Under the pieces are notes generated by a model. The model was not told the origin of the DNA, did not search any database, and was given only the letters and a program-made list of their open reading frames with translations. Positions 1 to 9,633 of a stretch of 64,000 bases of DNA are shown in pieces. Within the stretch, counting starts at the first letter, position 1. Each line of letters opens with the position of its first letter. The DNA comes from Bacteroidota bacterium (GTDB lineage Bacteria > Bacteroidota > Bacteroidia > UBA4408), in NCBI GenBank assembly GCA_040385525.1, contig JAZKHE010000002.1, forward strand, positions 855,200-919,199. Reading direction: 5' to 3'. The position numbers and the translations under genes were made by a program.

Positions 1-2664
1 AGGAGGCGAAATTAAAAAACTACAATCAGTTAAACTATTATCTCCTGAAAAGTACAATGAACCATTTAAATCTATTGATTCAGTAGTTGCACCACACATA
101 TTAAAACCTTTAACTATAATATAATTGATTTTAGTTTGTGTATCTGTGCCAAAAGCATTGTTTGTAGTTAAGCTTACTGTGTATGTGCCAGGGTTATTGT
201 AGGTAATGTTTGTTGGGTTTTGAAGATTAGAATATGTGGTAACAGCACCAGGAAAACTCCATGTCCAGCTTGTTGGAGAATACATACTAAAATCCTGAAA
301 GTTTATACTTTCTCCAATATTAATAATAGTTTTATCTGTCGTAAAATCTGCAATTGGAACTTGAGTATTTTCAATAAAATAAACCATAAAATCTTCTACC
401 TGTCCTTTTTGTGGAGCATAACAAGCATCATTAATATTGTAAGTGTTTTCGTCTGAAATTACTCTCATTCGTAAACGTGTATTTAATGTAGCTGAAATAG
501 CTGTGTTTATTATATCTGTGTGAAGCAAAGTCGAATTATTGTCTTGAAAGATTAATTCATTAGTATTATTAAAACTTCCATCGTTGTTATAATCTATCCA
601 TACGTTAACTTTTTCGTTTATAGAAGTAGTAACAGACATTTGGTATGAACTACCAGCAATTAAAAGTGTAGAGTCTGCGCACGTAAAATCTGAGTAACCA
701 TAACTTGCATCGTCTGATGTATAATCAATAGTATTTAGTTTTACATTAGTAATTCCTTTTCCGCAACAATACGCAACCGTTTGTGGGCTGCATGACGGAC
801 TAATTGTACCTGGGAAATTATTTACGACTAAATAATTATTTTTTATTTCGGTATCTGATGTATTTCCAGGACAGTTAACTGTGCCAGTTGAAACTAATGT
901 TACAGTATAAGTTCCTGTATTTAAATACGTGTGCGTTGGATTTGTTAAATTGGAAGTGTTTCCGTCGCCAAAATCCCATAGATAATTTGAAGCATTTCCT
1001 GAAAGATTTACAAAATTAATTGTTGATGGAGTTGAACAAGTAATTTTAGGATTAGCTTTAAAATTTGCATAAACGCTATTGTTTGAAAAATTACCAACAC
1101 CAACTGCATACCACGCATTTTGCGTTTGAATGTATTGATTTGAGCAATTTCCAAATAAATCAAGGGCAGATTGTTCTGCATAATTTCTTGCGTCTTCAAA
1201 ATTAGAACTTGGTGTTAAATACACTGTTAAATTTCTGTATGCAATTTCTATAGCTTCGTCCATTCCTATTGCAGAAACATTAAAATTATTTTCAATATCG
1301 TTTGTTCCATTACCACCATTAACTAGTAAATAAAACCAATAGTTTTGTATTCCGCTATCGTAATGCACAATGTCGCCATTGTTAAAATATAAACCTCCGT
1401 AAGTATCTGCGCAATCATACAAATTCGGATTATTCATACTTCTAAATGGTGCGCCATTTCCAGAAGTAATTGCAAGGCCATATCCAACTAACCAAGTTGC
1501 AGTACTCGGGTTGTTGTGAAAATTAATCGCTGCACCAAAAACATCGCTAAACGATTCATTTAAAGCGCCCGATTCTCCAGAATAAATTAGTCCTGCAGAA
1601 AATTCAGTAACACTATGCGTATATTCGTGACCAACAATATCTAAAGATGTAAGCGGATTATAATTTGTAAAGTCGCCAGCTCCATAAACAATCATACTTC
1701 CATCCCAATATGCATTTACATATGCACTCTGCATAACACTTGATGTAACTGGCATACCAAATCCATCTTGACCGATTCTATTAAATTTATTTTCGAAATA
1801 ATCAAAAGTTACTTCTGCTCCCCAATGTGCATCTAATGCGTAATTATAGATGTCATCAGTAAAATTCCAAGTAGTAGAGTTATTTGTAATTTCATTAAAG
1901 TTTTCATCATAAGTAAAAATTCCACCACCTCTTCCGCTCTCTTGTAATCTGTAATTATTAGTTGAAACTAAATCAGTTGTAATTGTTCTTACGCCACTGT
2001 ATTTTGTGTGTGCTGTAGCTGTAACATCAGTGTTGTGAATTCTTTTTTCTACACCAACAATTTTCCCGGTTTTTGCATCAACATAATAGTTGTTGCGCGC
2101 CAAAGGTTCTTCAGAATATAAATCAATTTTCCAAGCTAAGTGAAATGTTTTTATGCTATCTCTATAAACAACTAATTCTGGATTGTTTGTTTTTTTATTT
2201 GTGGCTAGTTTTTTTGAATTTAATTTTAGTAATGCGTTTTGTGTGGCTGTATTACTATTTATTTGTGGTGTTACATCAAGATTTATATTTGTGTATAATT
2301 CACCATTTATAGATTCTATTTTATTGTTTTTAGTATGCACATAATACACACCATTTTTAACCAATAAATTTTTATAATATTGTTTAAATCTATAGTGAAT
2401 AAAACCACTTTTATCAGTTTCTGTTTGGAATAATTTAAAACTAGTTTGTTCGTCAGTTTTTAAAATTTTAGTTAGCCAATCATTAGTAGTTGATTCATTG
2501 TAATCAATTTCATTTTTAAATGAAACATAGGCTATGCTGTTTCTATCTTTGTTTAAGATAACTTTTTTTGCATTTGGAATTAATTTACTTGCTTCTTCAT
2601 TTTCAAAAGTTTGTGCAAACAAACTGATGTTTAAGAAACAGAAAAGGAGAAGTAGTTTTTTCAT
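1..2664 (-). CDS. Secreted M4 (thermolysin-family) zinc metalloprotease with C-terminal PKD and GEVED-like domains; C-terminus lies beyond the window start (partial)
   Basis: My own reverse-complement translation starts at ATG (2664-2662) with a signal peptide MKKLLLLFCFLNISLFAQ. It stays open through position 1, so there is no in-window stop, which is why it is absent from the ORF track. HEXXH zinc site VVGHEYTHSVTEF plus the third-ligand motif GALNESFSDVFG typical of thermolysin. Downstream PKD signatures (WDFGDGNTS; a second PKD-like module) and a GEVED motif (KGQVEDFMVYF). Confidence 0.8.
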   Translation of the reverse strand, partial: MKKLLLLFCFLNISLFAQTFENEEASKLIPNAKKVILNKDRNSIAYVSFKNEIDYNESTTNDWLTKILKTDEQTSFKLFQTETDKSGFIHYRFKQYYKNLLVKNGVYYVHTKNNKIESINGELYTNINLDVTPQINSNTATQNALLKLNSKKLATNKKTNNPELVVYRDSIKTFHLAWKIDLYSEEPLARNNYYVDAKTGKIVGVEKRIHNTDVTATAHTKYSGVRTITTDLVSTNNYRLQESGRGGGIFTYDENFNEITNNSTTWNFTDDIYNYALDAHWGAEVTFDYFENKFNRIGQDGFGMPVTSSVMQSAYVNAYWDGSMIVYGAGDFTNYNPLTSLDIVGHEYTHSVTEFSAGLIYSGESGALNESFSDVFGAAINFHNNPSTATWLVGYGLAITSGNGAPFRSMNNPNLYDCADTYGGLYFNNGDIVHYDSGIQNYWFYLLVNGGNGTNDIENNFNVSAIGMDEAIEIAYRNLTVYLTPSSNFEDARNYAEQSALDLFGNCSNQYIQTQNAWYAVGVGNFSNNSVYANFKANPKITCSTPSTINFVNLSGNASNYLWDFGDGNTSNLTNPTHTYLNTGTYTVTLVSTGTVNCPGNTSDTEIKNNYLVVNNFPGTISPSCSPQTVAYCCGKGITNVKLNTIDYTSDDASYGYSDFTCADSTLLIAGSSYQMSVTTSINEKVNVWIDYNNDGSFNNTNELIFQDNNSTLLHTDIINTAISATLNTRLRMRVISDENTYNINDACYAPQKGQVEDFMVYFIENTQVPIADFTTDKTIINIGESINFQDFSMYSPTSWTWSFPGAVTTYSNLQNPTNITYNNPGTYTVSLTTNNAFGTDTQTKINYIIVKGFNMCGATTESIDLNGSLYFSGDNSLTDCSFLISPP

Positions 2665-2737
2665 TGGCTAAAAAATTAATTCTATATAAAGTTAATAAAA
2701 TTAATTTCTTCTGCAAATAATTTAATTTAATCGAAAT

Positions 2738-4537
2738 TTAACTCTCCTTATTCCTTTTTCCAGCTTGTTGATACAAGTTAAAAATATCTCTGTAACGCAA
2801 ATAACCAATAATTACTCCTTCGTCTTCAATAGCTACTTTATCTACATCAAACATTACAATTACCTTCATTGCGCTACTTACTGGTAAATGAAAATTAATG
2901 CTTGGCACTTCTTTGTTAATGTGATTTTCTATTCCGCAGTTTTCAGTAATTGTTTCAATCACTTCGGGTTTAATTGTTCGTAAGCTTAGCATACCAACGT
3001 ATTGATTGTTTTCGTCAACCACAACAAAATCGCTTGAGTGCAAATTGGCTGCCAATTGTTGCAACTCTTTAAACTTTATATTTTTTGTAATGGTTGCAAA
3101 ATTTCTTGGTGTTTTAAATTGTTCCGAAATATTTACAGCATCTAATAAATCTACTTGCATATCCCAAGTGTGTGCCGGACTTTTAAAACGATTTTCAACC
3201 TGACTTTTATATAACGAAATACGTTTAGCCAAAATAAAAGTAAAAATAGAAACCAAAATTAGTTGAGGTAATAAAACGTAACTTCCTGTCATTTCGCAAA
3301 TCATAACAATGCCCGCTATAGGTGCGCTTGCAACGCCTGCATAAAATGCGCCCATACCAACCACAATGTACGATGCAACTCTAATATCGTATTGTGGCAA
3401 CATTTGTTGAGCAAAAGTTCCTACGGCTGCACCAAGCATTCCGCCAACAAATAACGATGGGCCAAAAATCCCCGCAGAACCTCCAGAACCAATGGTTAAT
3501 GTTGTTGAAACTATTTTTAAAAAAGCAATTAAAAGTAAACTACAAACTATCCAAAACTGACTATGGTAATTGCTAAAATAGTTTACCTCTTTTCCCATAA
3601 TTATATCTTCTAAAAAGTTTGCGCCAGTACCCGAAACTTCAAAAAAGAATAGAGATAATAAGCCAACTAATAGTCCGCCTATTGCAGGTTTAATAATGGG
3701 ATGAATTTTTATGGAAGCAATAAAAGAGCGTGCATCCTTAAAACCTTTCATAAATAAAAAACCAAAAACAAAACAAAGTATTCCTAAAATAATATAAAAC
3801 CAAAGTTCAGGAACGTGTAATGTACTTAGTTCGCTTATTTTCATAAAGCTATCAGTACCAGTATAAAAAGTATAAATTAAGTATGCAGTAACCGACGATA
3901 AAAAAGCGGGAATTAAAGCATCACTTTCTAAATCTTCTTTATACACCATTTCAACAGCAGTAAGTGCGCCGCCTAGTGGAGCTTTAAATATGGCTCCTAA
4001 TCCAGCAGCAGTACCCGATAATAATAATGTTCTTCTAGCACGCGAACCTGCTTTTACAAAATTGGCAACTATAACACCTATGCCTGCTCCAACCTGAGAA
4101 ATTGGTCCTTCTTTACCACCACTACCTCCAGTGGATAAAGTAAATATGGTAGCAACCGATTTAAAAAATGGAACTTTAGCACTAATTTTCCCTTCATTAT
4201 TGTGAAAAGCATTTATCATTTCATCAGTTCCCGTTCCTACTGAGTCTCTCGAAAAAAAGTAGGCTATAATTCCTGCAACTAGTCCACCAACAGCGGGTAA
4301 CACTATTATTGTGATTGAATTTATAGGATTTGATAGGGCATTGCCCAATTTATCGTTTAAACTTAAATTATTTTCGTTGCTTGATGCGTAAAGCGTTTTA
4401 ACAAAATCTTCGGCTAAATGTAGCAAGTAACTAAAACCCATAGCAGCAATACCCGCAGCAACACCAACAATTACAGCGTATAAATATAAAGAAGAAAGGT
4501 TGTTTAAATGGAATTTACCTATTGTTATTTTTTTCAT
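2738..4537 (-). CDS. ClC family voltage-gated chloride channel/H+-Cl- antiporter with C-terminal CBS pair
   Basis: 599 aa multi-TM protein. ClC selectivity motifs GSGGKEGP and GIFGPSLFVGG. Two CBS-like modules at the C-terminus. Confidence 0.85.
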   Translation of the reverse strand: MKKITIGKFHLNNLSSLYLYAVIVGVAAGIAAMGFSYLLHLAEDFVKTLYASSNENNLSLNDKLGNALSNPINSITIIVLPAVGGLVAGIIAYFFSRDSVGTGTDEMINAFHNNEGKISAKVPFFKSVATIFTLSTGGSGGKEGPISQVGAGIGVIVANFVKAGSRARRTLLLSGTAAGLGAIFKAPLGGALTAVEMVYKEDLESDALIPAFLSSVTAYLIYTFYTGTDSFMKISELSTLHVPELWFYIILGILCFVFGFLFMKGFKDARSFIASIKIHPIIKPAIGGLLVGLLSLFFFEVSGTGANFLEDIIMGKEVNYFSNYHSQFWIVCSLLLIAFLKIVSTTLTIGSGGSAGIFGPSLFVGGMLGAAVGTFAQQMLPQYDIRVASYIVVGMGAFYAGVASAPIAGIVMICEMTGSYVLLPQLILVSIFTFILAKRISLYKSQVENRFKSPAHTWDMQVDLLDAVNISEQFKTPRNFATITKNIKFKELQQLAANLHSSDFVVVDENNQYVGMLSLRTIKPEVIETITENCGIENHINKEVPSINFHLPVSSAMKVIVMFDVDKVAIEDEGVIIGYLRYRDIFNLYQQAGKRNKES

Positions 4538-4632
4538 ACGCTGGCAAAGATAATCATTCTAAAAAATAAATTTTTTGTGGATTTCTTTAGAAACTCTATA
4601 TTAGTAACTTAATTAAATAATTTTTTCTTCGT

Positions 4633-6108
4633 ATGTCTACAAATAATTCGTTGTTTAGAGTAAAACCAATTTCTGCTTTTGAAGCTGATATGAAAAAAAG
4701 TGAACTTAAAAGAGTTCTTGGAAAATGGAGTTTAACTGCTATAGGAATAGGTGCAATTATTGGCGGAGGTATTTTTGTGTTAACAGGTACAGGCGCTTAT
4801 TTTCATGCAGGACCAGCTTTAGCTTTATCTTTTATAATTGCAGGAATAGCTTGTGTTTTTGCCGCTTTGTGTTATAGTGAGTTTGCAAGTATGATTCCCG
4901 TTGAAGGTTCAGCTTATGCATACGCTTACGGAACAATTGGTGAAATGTTCGCCTGGGTAATAGGTTGGGGATTAGTGTTAGAATACGGAATGGGTTCGAT
5001 GACTGTAGCCGTTAGTTGGAGCGGTTATTTTAATAAATTTCTCGGATTGTTGGGTATGAATCTACCTGATTATTTAACTCAAGACCCGGGTAGTTATTCT
5101 GGTACAGGTTTTTCAATGAATTTACCTGCAACTATTATTGTGTTATTAGTTACAGCATTGTTAGTTAGAGGAACAAAAGAAGCTGCGAAAGCAAATAACG
5201 TAATTGTTATAATAAAAGTAGCTGCTGTTTTGTTTGTTATTATTGTTGGTGCATTTTGCATTAATACCGCTAATTGGGTTCCTTTTATTCCTGATGAAAC
5301 TACTATTTTAGATCATGGTAAAGAGCGTTTTGTATATGGTTGGAACGGAATAATATCTGGAGCTGCTGCCATATTTTTTGCATACGTTGGATTTGATGCC
5401 GTTTCAACGCAAGCTGGCGAAGCAATAAATCCTAAAAAAGATGTTCCTTTTGCAATTATTACTTCATTGATGGTTTGTACAGCTTTATATATTGCTGTTT
5501 CATTGGTGTTAACAGGAATGATGAATTATAAAGATTTCGATCCAATGGGGCAATACCCTAATGCAATAAAAGCGCCTGTTGCAATGGCGTTTGAAATTGC
5601 GGGAATGCCTTGGGCAGTTTTTATTATTACAATAGCTGCAACCGTTGGTTTAATATCTGTTTTGATGGTTATGATGTTAGGACAATCTAGAATATTTATG
5701 GGTATGTCAAAAGACGGATTAATTCCAAAATTCTTTTCTGAATTACATCCAGTAAATAAAACACCATATAAAAACACTGTTTTTTTAGGAGTAATAATTG
5801 CTTTAGTTGCTGGGTTTACTCCTATTAGTACATTAGCAGACATGACTAGTTTTGGTACTTTATTTGCATTTACAATGGTGTGTATTGCTGTTTGGTTATT
5901 AAGAGTTAAGCAACCTTCTCTGCAACGTAATTTTAAAGTTCCATTACTTCCTCTAGTTGCTGTTTCTGGTATTTTAATTAATACTTTTTTAATGATTAAA
6001 TTAGATATTAGCGCACAATTATTTTCTCTCGCTTGGTTAGCTTTGGGTATTATAGTGTACTTTGTTTACAGCAAAAGACACAGTAATTTAAATAAACCTC
6101 AAGAGTAA
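4633..6108 (+). CDS. APC-superfamily amino acid permease
   Basis: 491 aa, 12-TM profile. N-terminal GxGAIIGGGIFVLTG motif typical of the amino acid/polyamine/organocation family. Confidence 0.8.
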   Translation: MSTNNSLFRVKPISAFEADMKKSELKRVLGKWSLTAIGIGAIIGGGIFVLTGTGAYFHAGPALALSFIIAGIACVFAALCYSEFASMIPVEGSAYAYAYGTIGEMFAWVIGWGLVLEYGMGSMTVAVSWSGYFNKFLGLLGMNLPDYLTQDPGSYSGTGFSMNLPATIIVLLVTALLVRGTKEAAKANNVIVIIKVAAVLFVIIVGAFCINTANWVPFIPDETTILDHGKERFVYGWNGIISGAAAIFFAYVGFDAVSTQAGEAINPKKDVPFAIITSLMVCTALYIAVSLVLTGMMNYKDFDPMGQYPNAIKAPVAMAFEIAGMPWAVFIITIAATVGLISVLMVMMLGQSRIFMGMSKDGLIPKFFSELHPVNKTPYKNTVFLGVIIALVAGFTPISTLADMTSFGTLFAFTMVCIAVWLLRVKQPSLQRNFKVPLLPLVAVSGILINTFLMIKLDISAQLFSLAWLALGIIVYFVYSKRHSNLNKPQE

Positions 6109-6124
6109 AAATTAAATTTATTTT

Positions 6125-6162
6125 CAAAAAGTCTTGTTCACCGAACAAGACTTTTTTATTTA
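6125..6162 (+). terminator. Rho-independent terminator after the first permease gene
   Basis: GTCTTGTTC-ACCG-GAACAAGAC hairpin followed by TTTTTTATT. It overlaps the TTG start (6134) proposed by the ORF track for the next gene. Confidence 0.6.
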
Positions 6163-6169
6163 TCCTTTT

Positions 6170-7621
6170 ATGGAAAAAGAAACCCAAAAATCATTTGTCC
6201 GTTCACTTTCGCTTTTAGATGCTACTTTATTGGTAACTGGCTCTATGATTGGTTCTGGTATTTTTATTGTGAGTGCCGATATTGCTCGTAATGTAGGTTC
6301 AGCAGGTTATTTATTATTGGTTTGGTTCGCATCTGGTTTGCTTACTTTGTTTGCTGCACTAAGCTACGGAGAGTTAGCTGGTATGATGCCAAATGCTGGC
6401 GGACAATATGTTTATATTCGTGAGGCCTATAATAAATTTACTGCTTTTTTGTATGGCTGGACAGTTTTTACAGTTATTCAAACAGGTGTAATTGCTGCTG
6501 TGGCAATGGCTTTTGCAACTTTTACAGCTCAACTGTTTCCTTTTTTTGATAAAACAAATGTGCTTTTTTCTATAGGTACTTATTCGTTTTCAACTACTCA
6601 ACTTTTAGCTATTGCCAGTATTTTTTTTCTTACTTATATCAATTCAAAAGGTATTAGTTACGGAAAATTAATTCAAATGGTTTTTACTTCTGCAAAACTT
6701 ATTGCGCTATTCGGACTAATTGCATTAGGTTTTTTTATTGGCTTTAATACCGATATTCTTTCTTTAAATTCAATTGACTTTTGGGAAGCAACGCAAACAA
6801 CAAATTCAGCAGATGTTTGGTCTACAACTCCTTTGTCTGGAGTAAGCTTATTATCAGCTCTTGGAGTGGCAATGATAGGCTCATTGTTTTCGAGCGACGC
6901 ATGGAATAATGTTACTTTTATTTCCGCAGAAATTAAAGACCCCGCCAAAAATTTACCACGTAGTTTATTTTTAGGAACTACAATTGTAACCATAATTTAT
7001 ATTTTAGTTAATATAGTTTACCTAGGTATTATTCCTGTAAAAGGTGTTGCCGATGGGGCTGATGTAATGAGTAGAGGTTTGCAGTTTGCAACCAATGATA
7101 GAGTTGGTACAGCTGTTGCCGAAATTTTATTAGGAAGTTCTGCATCTGTGGTAATGGCAATATTAATAATGATGTCAACTTTTGGATGCAATAATGGATT
7201 AATACTTTCTGGAGCAAGAGTTTATTACGCAATGGCAAACGATGGTTTGTTTTTTAAAAATGCTGGTAAATTAAATTCCAATGGAGTTCCTTCAAACGCA
7301 TTGTATTGGCAGGCTGTTTGGGCATCGGTATTGTGTTTGTCGGGCAGTTATGGCGCATTGTTAGATTATACTATTTTAGCTGCTTTAGCTTTTTACATTA
7401 TCACAATTTCGGGAATTTTTATTTTAAGAAAAAAACAACCAAATACACCTCGCCCTTACAAAGCAATAGGTTATCCTATAATTCCAATTGTATATTGTGT
7501 AGTTGCTTTTTTAATTTGTATTAACTTAATTATTTGCAAACCAGAAAATGCTTTGCCTTGTTTAGCTATTGTTTTTGCAGGTATTCCGGTTTATTTTTTA
7601 TATAAAAAATACAATAACTAA
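6170..7621 (+). CDS. APC-superfamily amino acid permease (paralog); start moved to ATG 6170
   Basis: The ORF-track start at 6134 is a TTG inside the upstream terminator hairpin. The first ATG (MEKETQKS...) is at 6170. Same reading frame and the same stop at 7621. Multi-TM with a GSGIFIV motif. Confidence 0.75.
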   Translation: MEKETQKSFVRSLSLLDATLLVTGSMIGSGIFIVSADIARNVGSAGYLLLVWFASGLLTLFAALSYGELAGMMPNAGGQYVYIREAYNKFTAFLYGWTVFTVIQTGVIAAVAMAFATFTAQLFPFFDKTNVLFSIGTYSFSTTQLLAIASIFFLTYINSKGISYGKLIQMVFTSAKLIALFGLIALGFFIGFNTDILSLNSIDFWEATQTTNSADVWSTTPLSGVSLLSALGVAMIGSLFSSDAWNNVTFISAEIKDPAKNLPRSLFLGTTIVTIIYILVNIVYLGIIPVKGVADGADVMSRGLQFATNDRVGTAVAEILLGSSASVVMAILIMMSTFGCNNGLILSGARVYYAMANDGLFFKNAGKLNSNGVPSNALYWQAVWASVLCLSGSYGALLDYTILAALAFYIITISGIFILRKKQPNTPRPYKAIGYPIIPIVYCVVAFLICINLIICKPENALPCLAIVFAGIPVYFLYKKYNN

Positions 7622-7623
7622 AA

Positions 7624-8559
7624 ATGAAAAAACAGTTAAAAGAATATTTCTATTTTTCTAAATCAGAAAAAAGAGGAGTAGTTTTTTTGTCTGTTTTAAT
7701 TGTACTTATTTTAATTTTAAAATATTTTTTATTCAATTTTATTACAACACCAACTGTTGATGATGCTTATGTAAATAAAATATTGGCGGAAAATAAAATC
7801 GATTCATCACAAGTCATAAATGATGAAAACACGCATACGTTTAACGAGTCAGAAAGCCCTGTTTACAAAAGTAAAGAGCAAAAAAAACTTTTTTATTTTA
7901 ATCCAAATAAAGTTACTGCTTCAGAATTAAAACAATTAGGTTGTAGCGATAAATTAATTAAAACGTGGTTAAACTTCACTTCAAAAGGTGGCTTTTTTAA
8001 AATTAAAACCGATGTTAAAAAAGTATATGGAATTTCAGCTAAATTTTATGCTAAAATAGAACCTTATATTTTAATTGAAACAAATAACGCTTCGTTTGCT
8101 TCAGAAAATAAAAATAATTCGCCAAGCAAAGCAGCCGATTTTTTAGAAAAAACAGAATCCAAAAAAACAATAGAACTAAATGCTGCAGACACTTTACAGC
8201 TAAAATATTTGCCTGGAATTGGTTCTAAATTTGCCGAGCGTATTGTAAATTATAGAAATAAATTAGGAGGATTTTTAAATAAAGAACAATTAAAAGAAGT
8301 ATTTGGTATCGATTCTATATTGTATAATAAAATTGAAAAACAAATTACCTTAAACGAAAATAGAGTTCGTAAAATTTCAATAAATACAGCTGAAGTTGCA
8401 CAACTAAAACAGCACCCATACTTTTCTTATAACATTGCCAATGCTATTGTTCAGTATAGAGACAGACATGGCAAATTCGCAAACATTAGCGATATCAAAA
8501 AAGTAGTGGTTGTTAACGAAAGTGTATTTAAAAAAATTATTCCGTATTTAAAATTGTAA
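7624..8559 (+). CDS. ComEA-like helix-hairpin-helix repeat DNA-binding protein with N-terminal TM anchor
   Basis: Three HhH motifs (LKYLPGIGSKFAERIV; LKEVFGI; AEVAQLKQHPYFSYNIANAIVQYRDRHGKF). N-terminal hydrophobic segment. Confidence 0.6.
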   Translation: MKKQLKEYFYFSKSEKRGVVFLSVLIVLILILKYFLFNFITTPTVDDAYVNKILAENKIDSSQVINDENTHTFNESESPVYKSKEQKKLFYFNPNKVTASELKQLGCSDKLIKTWLNFTSKGGFFKIKTDVKKVYGISAKFYAKIEPYILIETNNASFASENKNNSPSKAADFLEKTESKKTIELNAADTLQLKYLPGIGSKFAERIVNYRNKLGGFLNKEQLKEVFGIDSILYNKIEKQITLNENRVRKISINTAEVAQLKQHPYFSYNIANAIVQYRDRHGKFANISDIKKVVVVNESVFKKIIPYLKL

Positions 8560-8562
8560 TTT

Positions 8563-9321
8563 TTAAATCGTAATAAGTTGGTTAATTAACGATTTAGCTA
8601 TCAATTGCGAAGTGTTAGATACATTTAGTTTTTTAATCATATTTTTTCTGTGTGTATCTACAGTTTCTTTGCTCAAGTGCAATTTATCTGCAATTTCTTT
8701 ACTACTTAAACCATCAATTAATAAATGCAACACTTTTTTTTCAGCTGGCGAAATAGTTTGTGTTTTTTCGTTTTGTTTTTCAAGATTCACTTCTACATCA
8801 CCCAAGTAGTTAAAACACAAAGATGGTTCTTTATCTTTTTTAAATGAATTAATGTTAGAGTATTTTTCAATCAATCTAAGTTCAAGCGGATTTTCACTTA
8901 CACAAACTAAACTAACTTCTTTTTGCAATCGTAAATAATCACCATTTTTTTTTTGATAGCGTGCATCATATTTATATGTATATTTTCTTTTTTCGTTGTC
9001 TGTTAAATCGCTAAAATAAAGTAAAGCTATTTTTTCAAATTTGTTTATTATTGGTAAGTCTATTTCATGAATAGAAGTTGCAAAAAAATTAGCATTTAGT
9101 TCTTCTTTACTATAACCAAGTACTTCTTTATAATTACCATCAATATACTCTAACTCAAATGCTTTTGAATTATATATCGTTGTAAAACATCCACTACAGC
9201 AGCAGTTTTCATTTTCAACTACAATATCTTTCCAATTAATTTCCAAATGAGAGTTTTGATCTTTTTTCTTAAGAAAATTAATCCATGTTTGTTTTAAATT
9301 TTTGTAAACTTCTACTTGCAT
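8563..9321 (-). CDS. LuxR-family transcriptional regulator (C-terminal HTH) with N-terminal PAS-like sensory region; no receiver domain
   Basis: C-terminal LSPAEKKVLHLLIDGLSSKEIADKLHLSKETVDTHRKNMIKKLNV is the canonical LuxR/GerE HTH. Confidence 0.75.
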   Translation of the reverse strand: MQVEVYKNLKQTWINFLKKKDQNSHLEINWKDIVVENENCCCSGCFTTIYNSKAFELEYIDGNYKEVLGYSKEELNANFFATSIHEIDLPIINKFEKIALLYFSDLTDNEKRKYTYKYDARYQKKNGDYLRLQKEVSLVCVSENPLELRLIEKYSNINSFKKDKEPSLCFNYLGDVEVNLEKQNEKTQTISPAEKKVLHLLIDGLSSKEIADKLHLSKETVDTHRKNMIKKLNVSNTSQLIAKSLINQLITI

Positions 9322-9633
9322 AAACCAGGCACTAAAAACTAATTAATCTAAAACTTTTTTAATGTTGCGAATAACAATAAAAAAATGTTAAATAAACTTT
9401 CAATAAATGAAATTACCTATAAATAGTAGTAAAAAACAATGATAAATATCATTGTCTAAGTATTTAGACTTAGTATTTTATTCATTTTTAACAATTTATG
9501 TAAGTAAAAATGTAATAGCACTTTCACAGATTTACCCATAAATAGAATTGTTAAGCAAATGCTTTTAACCTAAATTGCATCGATCAAAAGTGTTAAAATA
9601 AAGACCAACTGAATTATACTAAAAACAAAATTT

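Noticed and set aside
220-2312. Small ORFs 220..456, 1008..1199, 2073..2312
   Set aside because: They lie inside, or in alternative frames of, the long minus-strand M4 protease gene. Low complexity, no homology.
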